From Ostrea edulis (lineage: Eukaryota): a stretch of 64,000 bases of DNA. A program made the translations under genes and the position numbers. Where the stretch lies: contig NC_079166.1 of assembly GCF_947568905.1 (NCBI RefSeq), positions 14,384,001 through 14,448,000 of the forward strand, read 5' to 3'. Below, piece after piece: positions 38,101 to 49,051 of this stretch (position 1 is its first letter; each line of letters starts with the position of its first letter). Under the pieces are notes generated by a model. It ran no database searches. It worked only from the letters and a program-made list of their open reading frames with translations, and was not told the DNA's origin.

Positions 38101-41100
38101 GTATATTGTAATGCGATTATGTATATAGACATGTACTTAAATATGTATTTCCTATGTACCTGTAACATTAATTAGGCAGAAACAACACTGCTAATGCTTT
38201 TTCCAACTATTCATTAAATATTCTGGTAATAATGCTATGAAATAATCAACTATGGACAACATCCATTATGGTATTCCTAGGTTCAATACATATACCATTA
38301 ACATTTCAGTGTGTCTGTATAGTAATATCTTACCTTCAGTAAATTTGTAATGTTATTATTGCTTTACATCGATCACGTGAAGATCACAGATGTTCCATGC
38401 CCTGTCAGTAATACCAAGTAGTCTTAAGACATGGTTAATATGGTTAATATATGAGTTATTTCCCTTCTCACATTTACATTGGGACTGTTCAGTAATACAG
38501 TTGAAATTTCCTGTCAAAGAAATTAATTTGCAACTGTTAAATCTGAATGCAGACAGTACACTAAATGCATACACACAGAAAGGGGGGTCAAAAGTTCAAT
38601 GTCTGACAAAAAACTAAATTGACATAGCTTTAACCAAGACCCCCTCCCCCTTAAAGCTAAATATGATGAATATTAAAAGAAATCTATTAACAAGGAAAAA
38701 CACACAAGTATAAATAACACTCTGTATTCCATGGTATACCGTTTCAACTGTTTATGTGCAGTAAAATTATTTTAAATGTTCATTAAAATGTAATATTATT
38801 ATGTGATATTTAACAGTTGCTTGTCTTTTTATCTGTTTCCACTGAAGTGTAATAGATATTGGATGACAGAAACTTATGAGAGTTTTTATATCTCCCTCCC
38901 TAACTATTTGAATATTGATTTTTATCCGACATAAATCTTTTGATCTCACCCCTAAGCTACACAGTTTCTCACATCACACATGTTTGATGTCATAGTTGTT
39001 TCAGGTCACTGTGTATCTTATACAATTTCTCAAAATTGTGGGAGTTTTATTTCTCATTCCTTAATGCTCAATGAAAAATGCATTTGGTAAGACATATTCA
39101 TTACATGATTTGTAATTGAACTATTTTGGCTTTTACGTGGTCAGTAAATTGACCAGTCACCACCTATGTACCATCTTAGGTCAACGACTAATCATGCAAC
39201 TATAACACTGTAAGTATCCTATATATAAAAAACTGTTGTATTCACAACTAAACTTTGAAAGTAATGTGTGCTCATTGATACAAGATATGCAATATTTTTA
39301 AAACTATTTAATTTCTAATTCTTTGACCCTTTGTTTATTGTAGCTGCCCCTTGAATTTGATTGGACGGACAGAGTGGATTATGGGCGGAGTTATCACCCC
39401 CACACAGAGTAAGATGTTTATATTGGCTGACGTATTCATAAATCAGCCTTTTGTTGTATAAAAGTTCACTACAAAATGATTTTAAAGTGTAGGGAGAATT
39501 TTAGTCCTTTTATTATATGAAATTATTTATATCTATATTCTTTTTGTTTATTTATTCGCCCATGTTTTGTAGGAGTGACATGTTCTATGATTGCTATTTA
39601 TATCTATATTCTCTATATTTATTTTTTCGCCCGTGTTTTGTAGGAGTGACATGTTCTATGATTGCTATTTATATCTATATTCTCTATATTTATTTTTTCG
39701 CCCGTGTTTTGTAGGAGTGACATGTTCTATGATTGCTATTTATATCTATATTCTCTATATTTATTTTTTCGCCCGTGTTTTGTTGGAGTGACATGTTCTA
39801 TGATTGTTATTTATATCTATATTCTCTATATTTATTTTTTCGCCCGTGTTTTGTAGGAGTGACATGTTCTATGATTGCTATTTATATCTATATTCTCTAT
39901 ATTTATTTTTTCGCCCGTGTTTTGTAGGAGTGACATGTTCTATGATTGCTATTTATATCTATATTCTCTATATTTATTTTTTCGCCCGTGTTTTGTAGGG
40001 GTGACATGTTCTATGATTGCTATTTATATCTATATTCTCTATATTTATTTTTTCGCCCGTGTTTTGTAGGGGTGACATGTTCTATGATTGCTATTTATAT
40101 CTATATTCTCTATATTTATTTTTTCGCCCGTGTTTTGTAGGAGTGACATGTTCTATGATTGCTATTTATATCTATATTCTATATATTTATTTTTTCGCCC
40201 GTGTTTTGTAGGAGTGACATGTTCTATGATTGCTATTTATATCTATATTCTCTATATTTATTTTTTCGCCCGTGTTTTGTAGGGGTGACATGATCATGTT
40301 CCTGATCTCTGTCTTTGGATTTTATGCCCTTGCAGAGTACCTGTGCAACAAATATATACCACGTCACGAAGAGGCGGTATGTAGGATATTTCTGTGTTTA
40401 TCACATGGTGGTATGTAAGATATTTCTGTATTTATCACATGGTGGTATGTAGGATATTTCTGTATTTATCACATGGTGGTATGTAGTATATTTCTGTATG
40501 TATCACATGGTGGTATGTAGTGTATTTCTGTATTTATCACATGGCGGTATGTAGGATATTTCTGTATTTATTACATGGTGGTATGTAATGTATTTCTGTA
40601 TTGATCACATGGTGGTATGTAAGATATTTCTGTATTTATCACATGGTGGTATGTAGGATATTTCTGTATTGATCACATTGTGGTATGTAGTGTATTTCTG
40701 TATTTATCACATGGTGGTATATAGGATATTTCTGTATTCATCACATGGTGGTGTGTAGGATATTTCTGTATTTATCACATGGCGATATGTAGGATATTTC
40801 TGTATTTATCACATGGCGGTATGTAGGATATTTCTGTATATATTACATGGTGGTATGTAGTGTATTTCTGTATTCATCACATGGTGGTATGTAGTATTAT
40901 ATTTCTTTATTGATCATGTGGTGGTATGTAGGATATTTCTGTATTCATCTCTTTGTGGTATGTAGTATTATGTTTCTTTACAGGGTTTGACACTAAGGCA
41001 TGTCCGACCGACCGAGACTACTAAATGATAGGTCCGGTCGGGTAAAATGTTTATTAACTAGTCCGACTGGTTGTGTTAAAAATATAAACAAATTTAAGAA

Positions 41101-44100
41101 ACTTTACTTTAAATCATAAGATATTTTATTCATAAAAAAATAAATGTAAAGAGTTTGCGAGCAATTTTGAACCGCATGATGACATAATCTCTATCTTTAG
41201 TTCTAATAAGTCGCGGTCGTAAGTGATGTTCTACGACATCTACACATTGCTAATGTGTGTAAAGTTATGTTTTGGTTAAATAGAATTATTGAATTCATTT
41301 TCATTAAAAAAAACACCAAAAGTCCAAAACAGTTCATTTGAATTGAATATAAGAAAGTGTTTATTAAACATATGTGCGGGAATGTCTATATAATCAAATA
41401 TGAAATCTTGTCCTCAATGAAAGCAAAAGATGTCTCAAGAAAGAAAAAAAAGGAAAACGTTGGGTAGAAACAAAGCAGGGCTTATGAAATAGAAATTTAA
41501 AAAAAAATATTGAGGTCAATTTATTCTAAATGGATTAAAGAATTTCCGTGCCGGTAAAAATTTAAAGAAACTGAAAAAAGGGTTGAAAGTAAAAGCATCA
41601 AATTGAATGACGAGATTAAAGATTTTTTTGAGACAATTAAATGCATTTTAGTTCATGCAAACTTAACGTTTTTCATTTAAATTAAGTACATGTATTTAGA
41701 TATGGAGAATCTTATAAGATTTTTTCTGGAAGGTTGGTCAGGGCTAGTGGATGTAAGGTCAGGTCTAGCAAAAATCATTTTAAGTAGCCCGATTGGTCTA
41801 GTGCCCAAAAAAGTTAATGTCAAACCCTGCTTTATTTATCACATGGTGGTATGTAGGATATTTCTGTATTTATCACATGGTGATATGTAGTATATTTCTG
41901 TATTGATCACATGTCGGTATGTAGGATATTTCTGTATTTATCACATGGTGGTATGTAGGATATTTCTGTATTTATCACATGGCGGTATATAGGATATTTC
42001 TGTATTTATCACATGGTGGTATGTAGGATATTTCTGTATTTATTACATGTCGGTATATAGGATATTTCTGTATTCATCACATGGTGGTGTGTAGTACATT
42101 TCTGTATTTATCACATGGTGGTATGTAGTGTATTTCTGTATTTATCACATGGCGGTATATAGGATATTTCTGTATTTATCTCATGGCAGTATGTAGTGTA
42201 TTTCTGTATTTACATCATGGTGGTATGTAGGATATTTCTTATTTATCACATGGCGGTATGTAGTATACTTCTGTATTTATCACATGGTGGTAGGTAGTGT
42301 ATTTGTGTATTTATCACATGGCGGTATGGAGGATATTTCTGTATTTATCACATGGTGGTATGTAGTGTATTTCTGTATTTATCACATGGTGGTATGTAGG
42401 ATATTTCTGTATTTATTACATTGTGGTATGTTGGATATTTCTGTATTTATCACATGGTGGTATGTAGTGTATTTCTGTATTTATCACATGGTGGTATGTA
42501 GGATATTTCTGTATTGATCACATGGTGGTATGTAGGATATTTCTGTATGTATTACATGGTGGTATGTAGGATATTTCTGTATGTATTACATGGTGGTATG
42601 TAGGATATTTCTGTATTTATTACATGGTGGTATGTAGGATATTTCTGTATTTATCACATGGTGGTATGTAGTATACTTCTGTATTGATCACATGGTGATA
42701 TGTAGGATATTTCTGTATTGATCACATGGTGGTATGTAGTATATTTTTGTATTTATCACATGGTGGTTTGTAAGATATTTCTGTATTTATCACATTGTGG
42801 TATGTAGGATATTTCTGTATTGATCACATGGTGGTTTGTAGGATATTTCTGTATTGATCACATGGTGGTGTGTAGTGTATTTCTGTATTTATCACATGGT
42901 GGTATGTAAGATATTTCTGTATTGATCACATGGTGGTATGTAGGATATTTCTGTATTTATTACATGGTGGTATGTAAGATATTTCTGTATTTATCACATT
43001 GTGGTATGTAGGATATTTCTGTATTTATTTCATGGTGGTATGTAGGATATTTCTGTATTGATTACATGGTGATATGTAGGATATTTCTGTATTTATCACA
43101 TGGCGGTATGTAGTGTATTTCTGTATTGATCACATGGTGGTGTGTAGTGTATTTCTGTATTTATCACATGGTGGTATGTAGGATATTTCTGTATTTATTA
43201 CATGGTGGTATGTAGGATATTTCTGTATTGATTACATGGTGATATGTAGGATATTTCTGTATTTATCACATGGCGGTATGTAGTGTATTTCTGTATTTAT
43301 CACATGGTGGTGTGTAGTGTATTTCTGTATTTATCACATGGTGGTATGTAAGATATTTCTGTATTGATCACATGGTGGTATGTAGGATATTTCTGTATTG
43401 ATTACATGGTGATATGTAGGATATTTCTGTATTTATCACATGGCGGTATGTAGTGTATTTCTGTATTGATCACATGGTGGTATGTAGGATATTTCTGTAT
43501 TAATCACATGGTGGTATGTAGGATATTTCTGTATTAATCACATGGTGGTATGTAAGATATTTCTGTATTAATCACATGGTGGTATGTAGGATATTTCTGT
43601 ATTAATCACATGGTGGTATGTAAGATATTTCTGTATTGATCACATGGTGGTATGTAGGATATTTCTGTATTGATCACATGGTGGTATGTAAGATATTTCT
43701 GTATTGATCACATGACAGTATGTTGGATATTTCTGTATTTATCTCATGGTGGTATGTAGTGTATTTCTGTATTTATCACATTGTGGTATGTAGGATATTT
43801 CTGTATTTATCACATGGTGGTATGTAGGATATTTCTGTATGTATCACATGGTGGTATGTAGTATACTTCTGTATTTATCACATGGTGGTGTGTAGTATAT
43901 TTTTGTATTGATCACATGGTGGTATGTAGTATATTTCTGTATTTATCACATGGCGGTGTGTAGTATATTTTTGTATTGATCACATGGTGGTATGTAGGAT
44001 ATTTCTGTATGTATTACATGGTGGTATGTAGGATATTTCTGTATTTATCACATGGCGGTGTGTAGTATATTTTTGTATTGATCACATGGTGGTATGTAGG

Positions 44101-44858
44101 ATATTTCTGTATGTATTACATGGTGGTATGTAGTATATTTCTGTATTGATTACATGGTGATATGTTGTCTAGTGTATATATCCCTATTTATCATTATTTC
44201 AAAATTTTGCATTCTGGTTCCACCATTTTCTATATAGATACTCTCATTGCTTGTTATAAAAACACATTTGATGAGGGAGAGGGAAACTCTTCATAGTTTG
44301 TAATTCTACAGTGTAGATGAGAGTCCATCATTGGGAATCTATGGTTTTTCTGAACCAGTACATGAAGTGTAGGGTATGCTGACTGTAAAATAGAGTCATG
44401 CTTCTTGGAATTTTTTCTGACTTAGCAATGCCATCAAGTAACTAATCTCTGTGCTTTTTCGCACCATGCTAGAGTGACTTAGTTTTCATTAAAATCATAG
44501 GTTCAGTTACAAATAGCTACTTTGTAACTCAGGCCACATTTACCGGAGCAAATTCTGAAGAAATCCTAATGAATAAGTGTATAAATACATGTAGGTATAC
44601 AGTGAATTTATCTCGGAATTAAAAGTTTACAAGGCACAGATATACATGTAGACGTTTATATATATGATGTGGTATTACCGTATTATACAATTTTTTGACA
44701 CACTTGCAATCCAGATATTGACAAAGAAATTCAATTTTATTTTACAGATGCCAAAACAATACCCTTACACCTATGACATAAGTAGATCTACATACAAGGA
44801 TCCATCAGAAATTAAAAGAACTATTCACTATACCTTTGAGCCCGAGCAGAGTAACTGA
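35088..44858 (+). CDS. NDUFB8: NADH:ubiquinone oxidoreductase subunit B8 (ASHI), 5 exons, 197 aa
   Basis: Exons 35088-35181, 37042-37271, 39344-39408, 40283-40376, 44748-44858 (594 nt, phases 1,0,2,0). Mitochondrial presequence, [19 protein letters not shown]..DYP motif, one TM helix, PKQYPY..HYTF C-terminus. Confidence 0.95.
36526..36806 (+). mobile_element. tRNA/V-domain SINE, second copy (NDUFB8 intron 1)
   Basis: Colinear with 1478-1785, including B box, core and tail. Confidence 0.85.
37042..37271 (+). CDS. NDUFB8: NDUFB8 exon 2
   Basis: [58 protein letters not shown]; donor gtaaga. Confidence 0.96.
39344..39408 (+). CDS. NDUFB8: NDUFB8 exon 3
   Basis: LPLEFDWTDRVDYGRSYHPHT; acceptor tttattgtag, donor gtaaga; phases 0 and 2. 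Confidence 0.85.
39526..40290 (+). repeat. 71-bp tandem array, ~11 copies, containing the NDUFB8 exon-4 acceptor
   Basis: Unit tttatatctatattctctatatttattttttcgcccgtgttttgtagg(a/g)gtgacatgttctatgattgcta; ORF starts in the track recur every 71 bp. Confidence 0.95.
40283..40376 (+). CDS. NDUFB8: NDUFB8 exon 4 (transmembrane helix)
   Basis: GDMIMFLISVFGFYALAEYLCNKYIPRHEEA; the only unique sequence between two tandem arrays; phases 2 and 0. Confidence 0.88.
40377..44165 (+). repeat. 34-bp tandem array (~85 units by length) containing the exon-4 donor, split by an 849-bp insertion
   Basis: Unit gtatgtaggatatttctgtatttatcacatggtg; first two units start at 40377 and 40411. Confidence 0.95.
40981..41829. 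mobile_element. 849-bp non-autonomous TIR element inserted in the 34-bp array
   Basis: TIRs cagggtttgacactaa / ttaatgtcaaaccctg; 5-bp direct repeat cttta on both sides. Confidence 0.82.
44748..44858 (+). CDS. NDUFB8: NDUFB8 exon 5
   Basis: MPKQYPYTYDISRSTYKDPSEIKRTIHYTFEPEQSN*; acceptor ttttattttacag. Confidence 0.93.
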   Translation: MPKQYPYTYDISRSTYKDPSEIKRTIHYTFEPEQSN

Positions 44859-45881
44859 TGAGAACAGAATATTTTCTTACGTCAGTCAGTGTATAGACCA
44901 AAGTGTGAAATCAGTGACCATGGTGGCTGTTTGATGTAAATAAATTAATGGAATCTTGTTTTTGGGTTGCTGTATTTTTAATTCATTGTACGACAATGTA
45001 TATTGCATCCACTTTAGCTTGACAAATCCCAGATCATGAATGATTTTGGTACTCGTAGATTCACAGTTTAGGTTTTATTTTACTTTATTTTTCTGTGAAC
45101 TTCCATTGGAATAATCAAACTATGATTTGGTAAGTTTTCGGGTTATGAAATACTTTTACTCACAGATTCACAGGAAAGAAAAGTTACAGATTTCTGTATG
45201 GTGATCGAATAATTTTAAAATACATTAAAACAAAGATACTATATTCAAATTAATGATTTACCAAGTAAGAATTGTCCTGGGGGGGGTTGATTGCTGATCC
45301 GCCTTTCAACAAAGCAAACAAAAACATCATATGTCACATTTTACCACATGACGTCAGTCACATTGACATGTGGATCGCGATTTGTCACTTGCTTACATAT
45401 TTTCTTGTGTTGGATTGTACTATTAGTGACAACTTTGTATGAAAGGGTAAATTTTCATGTAGTAGAAATTTTCGGAGTTAAAAGCCGCAAATTATTGCAT
45501 TTTCTGATATTTGAAAAGTTACTTTGGGTAGATCTAGGCCTTAACAATGCAATTTCCCGTATTTTCTCAATCTGTCGGAGATGAGCGACTTCAAAGTTGA
45601 TCTCTAAAGGGCAGCGAAATACGCATGGCATGCATAGTCTACACATACATTCTGTCATGACAAACTTCACTTTCGATACAATAATTCAATAAATAGGCAA
45701 GGCTCTGTTGAACTAAGACAAATTGACAACGAGTTAAGATGGCGACCTTCTATAGCTACATGTAGACGCTTCGTCGTTGCTAAGTGAATCATTGCGCGGC
45801 TCAGTTGACTTGTATTTTTCCGAGTTTATGTACATTTTGATAAACGAAGGTTAGCATCTTTGTCTCCTGCATTAAATTATA

Positions 45882-46016
45882 AGGAATGACTTTAATTCTG
45901 GGGAAAGTTATACGAGTATGACCTGGTTGGGGTCAGTATACGGTTTATAAAAAAGCGTAAACTAACCCAAACCAGGTTATACTCGTATAACTTGCCCCAG
46001 AATTAAAGTCATTCCT
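45882..46016. mobile_element. 135-bp palindromic MITE flanked by TA
   Basis: aggaatgactttaattctgggg..ttatacgagtat..cctggtt mirrored by aaccagg..atactcgtataa..ccccagaattaaagtcattcct. Confidence 0.75.
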
Positions 46017-46998
46017 TAAATAACAAATTAGTAATTTGAAATAACAAATCAATGATTTGTTATAGCAAATGATTAATTTGTTATAACAAACTAAAAAAAG
46101 ATTCTGCCGCGGCCCTAATATGCTTCCGTACGATTTTCATTACAATTATGAGGACGTCTTTTCTTGATTGCGGAAGAAGAAGAACGATTTTCGGGAAATG
46201 AAATGCAAAACTAAGTACAAGTACTGTGTGCGACTCCCAGGTTATGGGATGAGAACAGTATCGTTATAATTCTCTAGACTCACTTCCGGTACTGATGTGA
46301 TGTTCACTTTCCTTGTTGCATGTAGCATTAACCCGGGGCGGAAGTTAGCATTCGTTTACTTTGAATGTTTGTACTTTTTCTATGAAAAATATCTCCACTT
46401 AGGACAATGTGTAGTTTGAAGAGCAATCCTTGCACTTTATGATAATTATCATTATAACGTATGGAGGATTGGTATAGGTTAGTTTATTTTTTATAATTGG
46501 GATATAGGAGACTGCAAGATACGGATGGTAATTTGCAGTGAATAAGAATGGCATATTTCATATTTGTTAACAGATTTGTAACACTGATTGTAGACCAGGA
46601 AGTTTCAAAACAATGAGAAATTTTCTGAGTGTGACTCATAATCACTTGATATTTAATGTGAAACTCAAGTGCTCTAGAAATAGCGTTCATACGAAACAAC
46701 AATATCAAGCAACCGTATTTCACGCCTCGCGGAAACTTAATTTTTCCTCGGTCCAACTCTAGCTGATAAAAAGAAACACGAAATGAAATTCAAATATGTC
46801 CTTTATATGACATTCATTCTGTAGAGAAATATCATGCAATCAACAATAAAGAAACAAAAGGAGACGAGATACAAAAAAAAAAAAAAAAACCCCATAAAGA
46901 TCAATCTCATAATTTCTATAAAGAATACGAAAATAAGACATGGACACCAGAAACCACCAGCAGGAGGATCAGATGTCCATGCGCAGTACGCATTTCCC

Positions 46999-47581
46999 TA
47001 GTCCTAATTATCTGACGTTTCTTATGATTTTGATATTTACCGTGCCGGGAAACGTCAGAACCGGCGCCATTACGTAAACTGGAAATTCGCCGCTTCCAGT
47101 TGGAGGCAGCATTCTCGGGCCGACTTTAAATACTTTGGAGTCGAACTCAATGTTAAAATCATAATTAATCAATAAAACGATGCCTCTTGTTCTCACTAAT
47201 ATCGATCAAAAGAAAATATCACCTGAGAATTCGATAACAGAAGCACACAATTGCAGTCAACTGAATTTTCGTTGTCATTTGAGCGTGACTTAAAACAAAG
47301 CTCGACAGTTTGTTAAAATGTTTTCATGAGGCTATTTATCTGATGAAAGAAACCATAAAATCGATATTTATAAGTACAAGAAACATCGTTTTATTGATTA
47401 ATTAAGAGTTTAACATTGAATTTGGCTCGCAAGTATTTAAAATCGGCCCGAGAATACCGCCTCCAACTGGAGGCGGCGAATTTCCAGTTGACGTAATGGC
47501 GCCGGTTCTGACGTTTTCCCGGCACGGTAAATATCAAAATCATAAAACAAAAGCCAGGAAAACGTCAGATTTTTCGGACTA
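46999..47581. mobile_element. Mutator/Foldback-like MITE, second copy, inverted relative to the first
   Basis: Perfect 9-bp TSD gcatttccc (46990-46998 and 47582-47590); long TIRs. Confidence 0.88.
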
Positions 47582-47621
47582 GCATTTCCCGTGCCATGAT
47601 CCTATACTTTGATCTGGGTAA

Positions 47622-47762
47622 TCCGTAGTCCAAATCAGTAAATAAAGAATAGCCTAACAATGGGTTGACACACGCCATCGTCCCAATCCGTAATCTGTAG
47701 TCAAAATCAGTAAATAAAGAATAGCCTAACAATGGGTATGACATACGCGCCATCGTCCCAAT
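47622..47762. repeat. ~73-bp tandem duplication derived from a PLE-like 3' fragment
   Basis: gtagtc(c/a)aaatcagtaaataaagaatagcctaacaatggg starts at 47625 and 47698. Confidence 0.7.
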
Positions 47763-47939
47763 AATGTACCTCAGGTGAGTGTCTTTTTTCGACAGATGAA
47801 ATGATCCATATGGATAAAATAGCATATAACGTTATATAATTTCATCCATATAATGCTAGCAGAAAAAGGAAAAAACGAAAGAAACTGTAGTTTAATAATT
47901 TTATTTATAGATTCATATACAAAATATTATGTGGTATTA

Positions 47940-48030
47940 AAGGACCCCATTGGAAATAAGCTTTCGAGCTTTCATGGATCATCCTTGATATTTCTGTATG
48001 TATGTATATACCGAATAAACATTTATTTTA
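47940..48030 (+). mobile_element. 3' fragment of the V-domain SINE
   Basis: ggaccccattggaaataagctttcgag...tatgtatgtatataccgaataaa matches the tails of the two full copies. Confidence 0.75.
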
Positions 48031-48129
48031 TTTATTATGTATATCATTAATGCATTGTCTTTCAATTCAAACATCAAATCACGGATTATGTCCATTATGG
48101 TTGACATGAACAGCAATTGAAAATAATGG

Positions 48130-48907
48130 GGTTGCAAAAAAGTTTGACAAGTTTAATAGCGTGTGACCGCCATTTGCACCAATGCATTCTTCACACCTAC
48201 GACGCATTGGGCAAATCAGGCTATGCAGAAATGTTTGGGGAATGTTCCGCCATATGTGCAATAAATAGCGACGCAATGCCTGGCGAATGTTCCGCCATAT
48301 GTGCAATAGACAACGACGCAATGCCTGGCGAATGTTCCGCCATATGTGCAATAAATAACGACGCAATGCCTGGCGAATGTTCCGCCATGTGTGCAATAAA
48401 TAGCGACGCAATGCCTGGGGAATGTTCCGCCATATGTGCAATAAATAGCGACGCAATGCCTGGCGAATGTTCCGCCATATGTGCAATAAATAGCGACGCA
48501 ATGCCTGGGGAATGTTCCGCCATATGTGCAATAAATAGCGACGCAATGCCTGGCGAATGTTCCGCCATATGTGCAATAAATAGCGACGCAATGCCTGGGG
48601 AATGTTCCACCATATGTGCAATAAATAGCGACGCAATGCCTGGCGAATGTTCCGCCATATGTGCAATAAATAGCGACGCAATGCCTGGCGAATGTTTCGC
48701 CATATGTGCAATAAATAGCGACGCAATGCCTGGGGAATGTTCCGCCATATGTGCAATAAATAGCGACGCAATGCCTGGCGAATGTTCCGCCATATGTGCA
48801 ATAAATAGCGACGCAATGCCTGGCGAATGTTCCGCCATATGTGCAATAAATAGCGACGCAATGCCTGGCGAATGTTCCGCCATATGTGCAATAAATAGCG
48901 ACGCAAG
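48130..48907 (-). pseudogene. Tc1/mariner transposase C-terminal remnant expanded into a 45-bp tandem array (~15 copies)
   Basis: (QALRRYLLHIWRNIR/P)n then PQTFLHSLICPMRRRCEECIGANGGHT, matching the Tc1 C-terminal W..IP....LI.SM..RC...I.A.GG.T motif. Confidence 0.75.
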
Positions 48908-49051
48908 CCTCCAACGTAACAGTAGTACTTAATGTCATACATGACCTACACTCACTTCCTACATGTATGTGTCATATGAAGTGATTAATAGAAACTTTCA
49001 GAAATAGATTGTTCATGTTTCTTGTTGTGATTAGTTGGTATTCTGTACACC

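Noticed and set aside
39517-44165. CRISPR-like interpretation and small hydrophobic ORFs in the 71-bp and 34-bp arrays
   Set aside because: Units are contiguous with no unique spacers and no cas genes; the locus is a eukaryotic intron, and the ORFs are repeat by-products.
48117-48938. Long repetitive ORFs (ECSAICAINSDAMPG, ARHCVAIYCTYGGTF, MAEHSPGIASLFIAH repeats) as real proteins
   Set aside because: The 45-bp unit happens to be stop-free in several frames; only the Tc1-like frame has a recognisable origin.
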